From the NCBI GenBank assembly GCA_041640595.1, contig JBEPZY010000003.1, positions 244,773 through 308,772 of the forward strand: DNA of 64,000 nt, read 5' to 3'. Source of the stretch: Gemmatales bacterium (GTDB taxonomy: Bacteria; Planctomycetota; Planctomycetia; Gemmatales; HRBIN36). The position numbers and the translations under genes are program-made. The notes under the pieces were generated by a model, which searched no databases, had not been told where the DNA came from, and saw only the letters and a list, made by a program, of their open reading frames with translations. This document shows positions 51,674-61,417 of the stretch, piece after piece; within the stretch, counting starts at the first letter, position 1; the number at the start of each line of letters is the position of its first letter.

Positions 51674-53098
51674 ATGCGCTATTTATTCGTCACCGGCAAA
51701 CTGGCGGAACCGGCCTTGCGACAGGTGCTGGCCCAACTCGCCCCCAAGGCCGGGTTTGAATACGAGATCGCCGTTCTCAACATCAGCGTCGCCGCCCTGA
51801 TGACGCCGGATTGGATCGCCCGACATCTTGAGGTTCCCGACGCGGTGGATCGGATCATGATCCCCGGCTGGTGCGGCGAGGATGCCCGGCCCATCCAGGA
51901 AAAGACGCATTTGCCCGTGGAGATTGGCCCGAAAGACCTGCTCGATTTGCCCGTCTATTTCGGTCAGCGACGCCAGGTGGACCTGCAGGAATATCGCATC
52001 GAAATTCTCGCCGAGATCAATTACGCATCCCGGCTGGATCGGCAGAGTTTGTTAGCCGAGGCCCGGCGATTGCATGCCGAAGGAGCCGATGTGATCGATC
52101 TCGGTTGCGATCCGGCCACGGTGTGGACAGACATTGCCGATGCGGTGAAATGTTTGCGTGAGGCCGGGCTGCGGGTGTCGGTGGATAGTTTCCATCCTCG
52201 GGAAATCGCCGAAGCAGTCCGTGCAGGTGCGGAGCTGGTGCTCAGCGTCAACAGCAGCAATATCGAGGCGGCCCCCGATTGGGGATGCGAAGTGGTGTTG
52301 ATTCCCGATAGCCCGCACCGTTCGGGTGATTCCCGCGCAGACAGTGACAGCTGGCTGACAACGCTGGATCGGCACATGGAATGGCTGGCGAAGCACGGCG
52401 TGGCGTTTCGCGTGGACCCGATCGTCGAGCCGATCGGCAGCGGGTTTGCCGACTCCCTGGGACGGTATCTGGAGTTTCGGCGAAGGTATCCGCAGGTGCC
52501 CATGCTCATGGGAATCGGCAATCTCACGGAACTGTCCGAGGTGGACTCGGCGGGGGTGAATCTGCTGCTGCTGGGATTGTGCGAGGAGTTGAACATCGGC
52601 AGTGTGTTGACCACGCAGGTGGCCAACTGGTGTCAAAGCTGTGTCCGCGAGTGCGATTTAGCCCGACGCCTTGTGCATTACGCCGTTCGACACGGGGTGC
52701 CACCCAAAAACCTCGACCCGCGCCTGGTCATGCTGCGGGATAGCCGATTGCGACGCTACGGAACCGACTGGATCGAACAACTGGCCAGCCGCGTTCGCGA
52801 TCCCAATTTCCGCATCTTTGCCGAGAACGGCCAGGTACACCTGCTCAATAACCGCGGCTACTGGCGTGATGCCGATCCGTTTCGGCTTATTCGGGAAGTC
52901 TTGCGGCAGCAGGCGATTTCGCCCGACCATGCCTTTTACCTCGGCTACGAAATGGCCAAAGCGGTTATCGCTCTCAGTCTCGGCAAAAACTACGTGCAGG
53001 ATGAACCGTTGCAATGGGGCCTGCTCACCCGCCCCGAGCGACCGCATGGCGAAATTAGCGCGGAAGCCCCCGCACCGACGCCCGACCAGCAACGGTAG
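51674..53098 (+). CDS. Dihydropteroate-synthase-like protein (Orf20/DUF6513-type, methanopterin-linked)
   Basis: FVTGKLAEPAL, GPKDLLDLP, GADVIDLGC, SVDSF, MGIGNLTEL, HAFYLGYEMAKA..GKNYVQDEPL. Confidence 0.8.
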   Translation: MRYLFVTGKLAEPALRQVLAQLAPKAGFEYEIAVLNISVAALMTPDWIARHLEVPDAVDRIMIPGWCGEDARPIQEKTHLPVEIGPKDLLDLPVYFGQRRQVDLQEYRIEILAEINYASRLDRQSLLAEARRLHAEGADVIDLGCDPATVWTDIADAVKCLREAGLRVSVDSFHPREIAEAVRAGAELVLSVNSSNIEAAPDWGCEVVLIPDSPHRSGDSRADSDSWLTTLDRHMEWLAKHGVAFRVDPIVEPIGSGFADSLGRYLEFRRRYPQVPMLMGIGNLTELSEVDSAGVNLLLLGLCEELNIGSVLTTQVANWCQSCVRECDLARRLVHYAVRHGVPPKNLDPRLVMLRDSRLRRYGTDWIEQLASRVRDPNFRIFAENGQVHLLNNRGYWRDADPFRLIREVLRQQAISPDHAFYLGYEMAKAVIALSLGKNYVQDEPLQWGLLTRPERPHGEISAEAPAPTPDQQR

Positions 53099-53208
53099 CA
53101 GGAGCCGGCAGCAGAGCGGGAGTTCGCTACGCAGGAGGAGTTTGTTGCATGGAAAAAGTTTGCGGCACCGGAGGCGGTTGCTGCATTTCGTCAACAACAT
53201 TGCTTGCT

Positions 53209-53830
53209 GCCCGCCGCTCTTGGTTGCATGTGCGTCTCCGGGTCGCAAATCGCGCATGTTGCAGCCAACGAACGTCGTGCACCAGGAGCGGCTGGCGTGA
53301 GCCAGCCGTGGTAGAGGAAGCGTGCTGGTGGATGGACGACGCAGCTTTGCGCCGGCATTCGGGCATGCAAGGAGGAGCGGCTGGCGTAAGCCAGCCGTGG
53401 TTAGCGAGTCGCGTTTGCAAAAGCGAAACCGCGACTCGCCGGTTACGCCGACCGGTCGCTTCAACGAAACGCCGTTGCAAGTGCGTTACCGAACCACGGC
53501 GGGCCGACGCCCGCCGCTCTTGCGAATGGGCGTTCGCACATCGTAAAAATCGTTTTTTCGCTCGCGGACGTCCGTACACCAACACAAGAGCGGGGGGCGT
53601 CAGCCCCCCGTGGTACCTATATAACGCGAGTGCAAGGGCGATCCGCAGATACACCGTCGGCGGTCTGCCGAACAAGTGCGCTTGTGTCTGCGCGAACGTG
53701 TTTCCCACACGCACGGCGGGCTGACGTGCGGCGCTGTTGATTCTGTGTTGGCCAGTCGCCGAGCATTACGCGATTCTGACCGCAAGACGTTCGGTTCACC
53801 GAGCCACGGCGGGCTGACGCCCGCCGCTCT
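53209..53830. repeat. REP/REPIN cluster 3
   Basis: Multiple full REPs, plus half-REPs at 53209-53220 and 53712-53726. Confidence 0.85.
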
Positions 53831-53905
53831 TGGTTGCATGTGCGTCTGCCCATTGCATCATGCGCGTTTCCGTTGGACGCGGTCGTGATAATGCGCCTGG
53901 TCGCG

Positions 53906-54104
53906 GTGGTAATGGCGTGGATCGTGGTACCGCGGAATGGAGCTCCACGAGTCAGAGACGCAGTGCACACGGAGGGATGTGGTAATGGCGTGGGTCGCAA
54001 TGCCGCCAGATGGGGCGGTACAATGACAGCGTTCGGGCCGGCTGGCTGTCTCTGGCACACCAAGAAGGTCGCGATGCCGCCAGATGGGTCGGTACAATGA
54101 CAGC
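53906..54104. repeat. Two offset repeat-insert-repeat duplications upstream of pabB
   Basis: 53993-54030/54067-54104 (38 bp, 2 mismatches, 36-bp insert) and 53906-53942/53979-54015 (37 bp, more diverged). Confidence 0.8.
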
Positions 54105-54130
54105 AACGGGCGAGCACTGAGGGTAGCGGG

Positions 54131-55645
54131 ATGGCTATGTCGGCTGGTGTACAGACGCAGCAACGCTTACGCACCGCACTGCCGCTGGCGGTGACGTTGC
54201 CGTTGCCGCTTTCGCCATTCGAGGCGTTGCGGCGTGTGGCCCGACTACCGATGGCGATATTGCTGGAAAGTGCGCTGGCGGGTGGCGAATGTGGGCGATA
54301 TTCGTGGCTGAGTGCCGATCCGTTTGCCACGCTGCGAGTGCGCGGCCAGGAGTTATGGTGGCAGTATCGCGGGGCGAGTTACCGTGAGCATGGCCATCCC
54401 TGGCTGGCGTTGCGGCGGGTTCTGGCGACGATGCGACAATGGCCGCGACCGGATTTGCCGCCGTTTCCCGGTGGCGTGGCCGGCGTCTGGAATTATGAGC
54501 TGGCCCAGCATCTGGAGCGCTTGCCGCGAGCTGCCCAGGATGATTTCGCCCTGCCCGAACTGGTGGTCGGCTTTTACGATTGGGTCGCCGTCTGGGATCA
54601 TGCCAGCGGACAGAGCTGGCTGATCAGTACCGGCTGGCCGGAACACGATCCCGAACGCCGATACCGTCGCGCTCAACAACGGCTCGAACAGGTGCGGGCC
54701 TGGTTAGAGTGTGCCGAACCGCAGCCCCTCGAAGCTCGCCATCCCGTCCAGCAAGCCGACTCCGATCTGCGACTGGCCCCGCAATTTCCGTTGCCGCGAC
54801 TGGCCGATTTGGCCAGCAACTTCAGCCGCACCGCTTACTGCCAGGCTGTGCAACGGGCCATTGACTATGTGCATGCCGGCGATTGTTTTCAGGTGAACCT
54901 GGCGCAACGGCTTTTGTATCCGGCCCGGCTCAGTCCGCTGGAACTGTATGGGCGATTGCGGCAGGTCAATCCGGCTCCGTTTGCGGGCTATTTCGACGCC
55001 GGGGATTACGTACTTTGCAGTGCTTCGCCCGAACTGTTTCTGCGAGTGCAACCGGACGGCTGGGTGGAAACCCGCCCGATCAAGGGAACTCGTCCCCGCA
55101 GCGACGATCCTCAGCAGGATGAACAGCATCGCCTCGAATTGCTCGCCAGCGGCAAAGACCGTGCGGAAAATGTCATGATCGTGGACCTGCTCCGTAACGA
55201 TCTCGGTCGCGTTTGCCGCTACGCTACGGTGCAGGTGTCGGCGGTGTGTCAGCTGGAGACGTATCGCACGGTGCATCACCTGGTCAGTGTCGTGCGGGGT
55301 CAGTTGCGGCCGGAATGCGACGCTCTTGATCTGTTGCAGGCGACCTTTCCGGGGGGTTCGGTGACCGGTGCCCCGAAAATCCGCGCCATGCAGATCATTG
55401 CCGAACTCGAACCGACCGTTCGCGGGCCTTACTGCGGCTGTCTCGGCTACCTCGGTTTCGATGGCAGTGCCGAGTGGAACATCCTCATCCGCACCTGCAC
55501 GGTGGCGCGAGGCTGGGTGCAATTTCCCGTGGGTGGCGGTATCGTTGCCGACTCCCGGCCCGAACTCGAATACGAAGAGACTCTCCACAAGGCCGAGGGC
55601 ATTCTCCGCGCTCTCGAAGAACCTGCCTTGTCTCCGCGAGCCTGA
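54131..55645 (+). CDS. pabB: Aminodeoxychorismate synthase component I
   Basis: LLESA..GRYS, GDCFQVNL, SPELFL, PIKGTR, KDRAENVMIVDLLRND, PGGSVTGAPK, GGGIVADS. Confidence 0.88.
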   Translation: MAMSAGVQTQQRLRTALPLAVTLPLPLSPFEALRRVARLPMAILLESALAGGECGRYSWLSADPFATLRVRGQELWWQYRGASYREHGHPWLALRRVLATMRQWPRPDLPPFPGGVAGVWNYELAQHLERLPRAAQDDFALPELVVGFYDWVAVWDHASGQSWLISTGWPEHDPERRYRRAQQRLEQVRAWLECAEPQPLEARHPVQQADSDLRLAPQFPLPRLADLASNFSRTAYCQAVQRAIDYVHAGDCFQVNLAQRLLYPARLSPLELYGRLRQVNPAPFAGYFDAGDYVLCSASPELFLRVQPDGWVETRPIKGTRPRSDDPQQDEQHRLELLASGKDRAENVMIVDLLRNDLGRVCRYATVQVSAVCQLETYRTVHHLVSVVRGQLRPECDALDLLQATFPGGSVTGAPKIRAMQIIAELEPTVRGPYCGCLGYLGFDGSAEWNILIRTCTVARGWVQFPVGGGIVADSRPELEYEETLHKAEGILRALEEPALSPRA

Positions 55646-55648
55646 GCC

Positions 55649-56272
55649 GTGATCCTCGAAGGACTGGTAACCACCCTGACTCCCGACGGTCAATTGCATC
55701 TGGCACCGATGGGGGCGACGCTTTTTGCGGAAGACCTTGGCCCGACCGGCAGACCGGATGGCACGTTGCGGCGCTTCCTGTTACGGCCGTTTCAAACCGC
55801 CCAGACCTACCGCAACCTCGTCGCGCACCGGGAAGGCGTTTTCCATCTGAGCGATGATGTGCTGTTGCTGGCGCAGTCGGCTATTGGTGCGGTGGAACCG
55901 TTCCCGCCGGTTCGCCCCGCTTCACACATTCTCGGCTACGTGCTCGAGGATGCCTGCCGGTATTACGAGTTTCGCGTCGTCCGTCTCGATGACCGTCAGG
56001 AACGGGCCGTGCTGGAAGCGGAAGTGCTGGCGAGTGGGCGAGGCCGGGAATTCCTCGGCTTCAATCGCGCCCGCCACGCCGTTCTCGAAGCCGCCATCCT
56101 GGCCACCCGTGTGCATCTGCTGCCGCGTGAGCAGATCGTGGAGGAGTTTCGCCGACTGGCACCGCTGGTGGAAAAGACCGGCGGCCCCCGCGAACTCGCC
56201 GCCTTCCGCCTCCTGCACGACTACCTCACCACCTCCCGCCCTGCTTCCCACTCCGCAACGTCTGCTCCGTAA
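55649..56272 (+). CDS. DUF447-family protein (Orf22-like)
   Basis: ILEGLVTT..HLAPMG..TYRNL..GFNRARHAVLEAAILATR. Confidence 0.82.
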   Translation: MILEGLVTTLTPDGQLHLAPMGATLFAEDLGPTGRPDGTLRRFLLRPFQTAQTYRNLVAHREGVFHLSDDVLLLAQSAIGAVEPFPPVRPASHILGYVLEDACRYYEFRVVRLDDRQERAVLEAEVLASGRGREFLGFNRARHAVLEAAILATRVHLLPREQIVEEFRRLAPLVEKTGGPRELAAFRLLHDYLTTSRPASHSATSAP

Positions 56273-56311
56273 CGCCGGGCGGCAGGCCACGCCGGGCAAG
56301 CCGCAGGCCCC

Positions 56312-56640
56312 GACTCCCCATTCCGCAACGCTTGAGCCGCAGTTGCCAACGCCTGACTTCCTATTCCCAGTCCCTAAAACCAAGCCCCAATCCGCTATCT
56401 CCAATTCCCGATTGCCCAACCCGAATCCCGAATCCCCGACTGCCAACTTCTAATCCCCAATCGGCAATCCCTGATTCCAAATCCGCTTGCCAGACGCCCA
56501 TCGTGAATGGCCGGTTCCCAGTGCCCAATTCGCAAACTCCTATTCGCAACCCGCAATGGTAAATTGCCGATGGCCCCTCGCTGATTCCCGGTTGTGGATT
56601 CCTCTGCGCCAGCGCTCTCCGCAATTTCCCGCCCTAGCCA
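56312..56640. repeat. Degenerate heptamer tandem repeat tract (about CCCGAAT/CCCCAAT) between convergent genes
   Basis: ctccaat-tcccgat-tgcccaa-cccgaat-cccgaat-ccccgac-tgccaac-ttctaat-ccccaat-cggcaat-ccctgat. Confidence 0.7.
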
Positions 56641-56652
56641 GCCACTCGCCGC

Positions 56653-59600
56653 TCATTTCAAATCGCCGATGTACCAGACTCGAATGGTCTTGTCTTCGCT
56701 TCCCGACACGACGTATTTGCCATCGGGCGTCACCGCAACGCTATTGACGTAATCCGAGTGCCCCGTGAACCGCCGCACTTCTTGCCCCGTCGCCAGGTCC
56801 CACACACGCACCGTTCTGTCCCCGCTTCCTGAAACGACGTATCGGCCATCGGGGGTCACTGCGACGCTCAACACCGTGCCCTCGTGCCCCGTGAACCGCC
56901 GCACTTCTTGCCCCGTCGCCAGGTCCCACACACGCACCGTTTTGTCCCCGCTTCCCGAAACGACGTATTTGCCATCGGGCGTCACCGCAACGCTCCTGAC
57001 CCCCCACTTGTGCCCCGTGAACCGGCGCACTTCTTGCCCCGTCGCCAGGTCCCACACACGCACCGTTTTGTCATCGCTTCCCGAAACGACGTATTTGCCA
57101 TCGGGCGTCACCGCGACGCTCCAGACCCAACCCGCGTGCCCCGCGAACCGCCGCACTTCTTGCCCCGTCGCCAGCTCCCACAAACGCACCGTTTTGTCAT
57201 CGCTTCCCGAAACGACGTATTTGCCATCGGGCGTCACCGCGACGCTCCTAACCCAATCCTGGTGTCCCGTAAGCCGCCGCACCTCTTGCCCCGTCGCCAG
57301 CTCCCACAAACGCACCGTTTTGTCATCGCTTCCCGAAACGACGTATTTGCCATCGGGCGTCACCGCGACGCTCTCGACCGAACTCTCGTGCCCGGTGAAC
57401 CGCCGCACTTCCTTGCCCGTCGCCAGCTCCCACAAACGCACCGTTTTGTCGCGGCTTGCCGAAACGACGTATTTGCCATCGGGTGTCACCGCGACGCTCG
57501 TGACCCCACTATGGTGTTCCGTGAACAGCCGTAGCACGAATGATACGTCCCAGTGCCGAGCCAGAACGCCGGAACTGAAACCCTTGCTGTCCACCGCGCG
57601 AAATTCCAGAGCTAGGCTGTCTCCTTTAACCTGTGGGATCAGCAGTTTCGGCTCCGCTAGCCGTTGCCACTGGGACTGTCCCGCATAGCGCCACTCGACG
57701 TGGACGGCTCGGCCCGGCGGCGAAGCCACCTCGAACTCAACGGTGAATGGGTCGCCCGCTATCGGGCCGTTCGGCGGTATATGTCTGGCGAGCTTCAAAA
57801 TAGGGGGACTGGGAGGGGTAACCTGCCAGCGCTGGTCCACAACAAAACCGACGATGCCCTTGCTGTCCACGGGGCGGAATTCGAGGGCGAGAGTGTCGCG
57901 CTGCACTTCCGGAATCTGCAACTTCGGCTCGGACAAGCGCCGCCACTGGGCCTGTCCCGCATAGCGCCACTCGACGTGGACGGCTCGGCCCACCGGCGAG
58001 GTCACTTCGAACTCAAGAGTGAATGGATCACCTGCTACCGGGCCATTAGGCGGATTCTGCTTGGCGAGTTTGAGCCTCGGGACGGGAACGAAGACCGCCC
58101 AGCGCTCTCGGACGATGGAACCGACGACGCCCTTGCTGTCCACGGCGCGGAATTCGAGAGCCAGAGCGTCGCCGTTGATTTCGGGAATCTGCAACTTTGG
58201 ATCGGTCAAGCACCGCCACTGGGCTTGGCCCGCATAGCGCCATTCGACGCGCACCGGACGGCCCACCGGCGAGGTCACTTCGAACTCAATAGTGAATGGG
58301 TCTCCCGCTACCGGGCCATTGGGCGGATTCTGCTTGGTGATTTTCAGCGTCGGAACCGGAACGAAGACCGCCCAGCGCTCTCGGACGATGGAACCGATGA
58401 AGCCCTTGCTGTCCACGGCGCGGAATTCGACGGCGAGAGTGTCACCCTGGATTTCGGGAATCTGCAACTTGGGGTCGGACAAGCGCCGCCACTGGGCCTG
58501 GCCCGCATAGCGCCACTCGACCTGCACCTCGCGGCCGACTGGTGAGTTGGCCTTGAACTCGATGGTGAACGGCTCGCCGGCGATGGGGCCCTTTTCGGAC
58601 TGGTGTCGAGTAATAGTCAACGTCGGCCTTCTGGCCTCGTACCAGGAGGCGGCAAATGGCGGCGGGCGAACGGCAAACTGGTCGGGTATCCAGCCCAGGG
58701 CGAGAACAGCCACTGCCGAGCCGGCCGATGCGAAAAGCAGACTTCTGAACAGCAAGAGCCGCCAGTCCTGAATTGGTCCGGCTCGCACTGGCACTGCGTA
58801 AGACCAGACGGCAGCACCGGTGCCGACCACCAGCCCCACGAGCGCGCCGAGCCACCAGCAGTTCACTGGCCACCACCACTCGGTCAACACCGCAAGGATG
58901 AGAGCCAGTGTCGCAGATGGCACCCCGACAGCCATCACAGCGGGGATGGTTTGCTTCTCGTTGATCCAGGCGAGGCAGAGGGCAAGCAAGACGAAGGGGG
59001 TGAGCACCACCAGGGCCGCGTAAAGAGGCCCCAGGATCGCCCCGACTAGGCAACCAACCACGGTGCCAGCAAGCACGGGAACCAAGGCCCGCAGCAGGGT
59101 GAGGAACGGATTCCAATTTCTGGCAACCCTGGCCGGTTGGAAAATTTGTGGCGTTGACGGCTGAAGCTGGGTTGCGTTACTGTGCAGATTCGGTTGGGTA
59201 GTCGGAACGGGGATCGGTGCCAGGCCGGGCGAGGCTCTCAGTTGGGGGCGGGCGGAAGCTGAGCCGGTCAGTGGTGCGGCATTGGGCACGGAGCGGTCAG
59301 CGAGACCAGCGCTGGCAAACGACACAGAAGTGGCACTGCTTTGCGGCGATAGAGAACCATTGCGCAGTACCTCTTCGACCTGCCCCTGCTGCAACGCCGT
59401 CAAGGGCCGCACCCAACCAGTAGCCGCATCCGGCACCAGTTCCTGCAAACTGGGCGTTTGCTCAAACGGCTGCACACACGCCAGAATCAGGTGCCCCACC
59501 AGGTTCCGCGTGTTCAGCTCCCGGCAGTTCTTCCACAACTCCCGAAACAACTCCGACCGGCCCGGCTGAGCATAATCCTCCTGGCCAAACACCAGCCTCT

Positions 59601-60345
59601 GGTCGCTGAAGTGTCTGGCCAGCTGCTGGTCGAGCATCAGGCAGCGGAGCGTGGTGTAAATGACCAGGTGGGGAAAGCGGTCCATGAGTGGGCCGTAACG
59701 TCGTTGCGGGTGCTGATAGTTGGGCTGACCGCTTTCATTGCTGGGGAGCGTGTCGAGAGCCGGCACCCAGACGCCATCGTAGTCCACCAGCCGAAGCTTG
59801 ACGCTGTTGGGCCGGTTGCCGGGAATGAACAGGACGTTGCCATGCTGCAAATCGCCGTGGGCAAGGCGGTCGCGTTCGAGTTCGCTGGCCAGTCGGTGCC
59901 ACAACTGGGCCATCGCTTCCAGCAGTTCGCGGGTCTGCGGCCCCGGGCGTTGCAGATGGTGTTGCAGAAACTCATCCAGCCGCTGGCCTTCCACCCACTC
60001 CATCCGCACAATCGGGAACCATTGACCGTTGACGAGGATGCCGCGTGGCTGGTACTGGAAGCGTACCAGGTAGCCCGGACGGCGGTTGCTCAGGTGCTTA
60101 TCGAATGCAGCGTAGCGCGTCTCCAGATTGCGGATGTCGCGGTAGAAGCATTTGATGGCGAATTTGCTGCCATCGGGGGATTGGAGCTGGAAGACCGCCG
60201 CGAAACCGCCCGACCAAACCAGAGGCAGGCCCTGCTTATTCAGGGCAGGCTTGCAGCGTTTCAATTCCGGGTCGGCCAGGAAGAGGTGAGGGTTTTGCAC
60301 CGCCTCGCGGTAATCACTGGTGCCGGGCAGACTCGCGGTGCTCAT
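56653..60345 (-). CDS. Protein kinase-like domain + TM region + 4 Ig-like repeats + 7 WD40 repeats (TerY-P-type triad kinase)
   Basis: GGFAAVF, AIK, MEWVEG, HGDLQHGN, VDYDG, NYQHP; ~91-aa repeats at 57540-58626; 42-aa WD40 repeats at 56660-57525. Confidence 0.85.
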   Translation of the reverse strand: MSTASLPGTSDYREAVQNPHLFLADPELKRCKPALNKQGLPLVWSGGFAAVFQLQSPDGSKFAIKCFYRDIRNLETRYAAFDKHLSNRRPGYLVRFQYQPRGILVNGQWFPIVRMEWVEGQRLDEFLQHHLQRPGPQTRELLEAMAQLWHRLASELERDRLAHGDLQHGNVLFIPGNRPNSVKLRLVDYDGVWVPALDTLPSNESGQPNYQHPQRRYGPLMDRFPHLVIYTTLRCLMLDQQLARHFSDQRLVFGQEDYAQPGRSELFRELWKNCRELNTRNLVGHLILACVQPFEQTPSLQELVPDAATGWVRPLTALQQGQVEEVLRNGSLSPQSSATSVSFASAGLADRSVPNAAPLTGSASARPQLRASPGLAPIPVPTTQPNLHSNATQLQPSTPQIFQPARVARNWNPFLTLLRALVPVLAGTVVGCLVGAILGPLYAALVVLTPFVLLALCLAWINEKQTIPAVMAVGVPSATLALILAVLTEWWWPVNCWWLGALVGLVVGTGAAVWSYAVPVRAGPIQDWRLLLFRSLLFASAGSAVAVLALGWIPDQFAVRPPPFAASWYEARRPTLTITRHQSEKGPIAGEPFTIEFKANSPVGREVQVEWRYAGQAQWRRLSDPKLQIPEIQGDTLAVEFRAVDSKGFIGSIVRERWAVFVPVPTLKITKQNPPNGPVAGDPFTIEFEVTSPVGRPVRVEWRYAGQAQWRCLTDPKLQIPEINGDALALEFRAVDSKGVVGSIVRERWAVFVPVPRLKLAKQNPPNGPVAGDPFTLEFEVTSPVGRAVHVEWRYAGQAQWRRLSEPKLQIPEVQRDTLALEFRPVDSKGIVGFVVDQRWQVTPPSPPILKLARHIPPNGPIAGDPFTVEFEVASPPGRAVHVEWRYAGQSQWQRLAEPKLLIPQVKGDSLALEFRAVDSKGFSSGVLARHWDVSFVLRLFTEHHSGVTSVAVTPDGKYVVSASRDKTVRLWELATGKEVRRFTGHESSVESVAVTPDGKYVVSGSDDKTVRLWELATGQEVRRLTGHQDWVRSVAVTPDGKYVVSGSDDKTVRLWELATGQEVRRFAGHAGWVWSVAVTPDGKYVVSGSDDKTVRVWDLATGQEVRRFTGHKWGVRSVAVTPDGKYVVSGSGDKTVRVWDLATGQEVRRFTGHEGTVLSVAVTPDGRYVVSGSGDRTVRVWDLATGQEVRRFTGHSDYVNSVAVTPDGKYVVSGSEDKTIRVWYIGDLK

Positions 60346-60381
60346 GGGCGGCTCCTCAGCAACCGGGCACGCTCCGCATAA

Positions 60382-61404
60382 TCAGCACTGGATGATCAGT
60401 AGCGTAACATCATCATTAGCCAGTTTATTCAGCTTCCGCAAGTGGCCGACCCAGGAACGGAATCGCTCCTGAGCCTGCGTCGCCACCGTAGTGGCGGTGC
60501 CAGAGGCGAGAGGCTGTGATGCGTGATTTTCGCTTTGCTGGGTCAGGTTGGCTGAGTGATTCGGCGTCGTTTCCGGGGAAGCGTGAACAACTGCTGCTGG
60601 CGGGCCGGCTTCGGCGACCGCAGCGGGGTTCGCGGGAGTATCGGCGTCAGGCTCGAGCAACTGGCGATGGATTTCCTGCCACGGCTGGTTTCCCGATTCG
60701 TATTCGCTCAGAAACCAGCGAGCCAGAGCATCGGTCATCAGCAGGAACGTATCGCCTGTCTTCCAGCGGCGAATGCGCCAGCGCACCGGGGCCGTCGGCC
60801 AGGCAGGCGGTCGGCTCTGGGAACAAAGAAGCGGTGGAGTGTTGCTGAAATCCGCCGCTTTTCGCACGGGGAAGCTGAACACCAGCCGAGTATCCCGCCT
60901 CTGCTGGTCATCCCGCAGATGGAACATGCAGGCATCGCCGACGGCCAGGCAGAAGTAGCGCCGGTTTGCCGACCGGCCCGGTTGGTGCCGCTGGCAGCAC
61001 CTGGTCGGGCGCTGCATGTCGGGCAACAGCACCAGTCCGCAGAACGTGGCTACTGCTCCTTCCCGAATCCGGTCTTCCACGAACCAGGGCCACTGCCCGC
61101 CGCGGGAGCTTTTCAGCTCCCCCAGTCGTTCGCGCCACCGCTTGCGCATCGCTTCCAGCCACCGCGAACATTGCTGCTGAATATCCTGGCGCCATTGCGA
61201 CCGGCCACGGGCTTGCTGGAAAAGACCCGTCCAGCTTGCATCCGTCGCGAAGCCCTCGACGAGAATGTTCGCCCATTCTCGGGAAAACGAGCTTTCGGTA
61301 GCCCCGTCGGCCACGGCAAACCGACATGCCCGGTGAGCGCAGGCATCCTCGTATTCGGCTTCGCTATTGCCTTCTTTCTGAAGCCAGAAATGGTGCACAC
61401 GCAC
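60382..61404 (-). CDS. PP2C-like protein phosphatase
   Basis: EYEDA, FAVADGATES, VGDAC, LMTDAL, NDDVTL. Confidence 0.85.
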   Translation of the reverse strand: MRVHHFWLQKEGNSEAEYEDACAHRACRFAVADGATESSFSREWANILVEGFATDASWTGLFQQARGRSQWRQDIQQQCSRWLEAMRKRWRERLGELKSSRGGQWPWFVEDRIREGAVATFCGLVLLPDMQRPTRCCQRHQPGRSANRRYFCLAVGDACMFHLRDDQQRRDTRLVFSFPVRKAADFSNTPPLLCSQSRPPAWPTAPVRWRIRRWKTGDTFLLMTDALARWFLSEYESGNQPWQEIHRQLLEPDADTPANPAAVAEAGPPAAVVHASPETTPNHSANLTQQSENHASQPLASGTATTVATQAQERFRSWVGHLRKLNKLANDDVTLLIIQC

Positions 61405-61417
61405 GTCCAGGCCCTAA

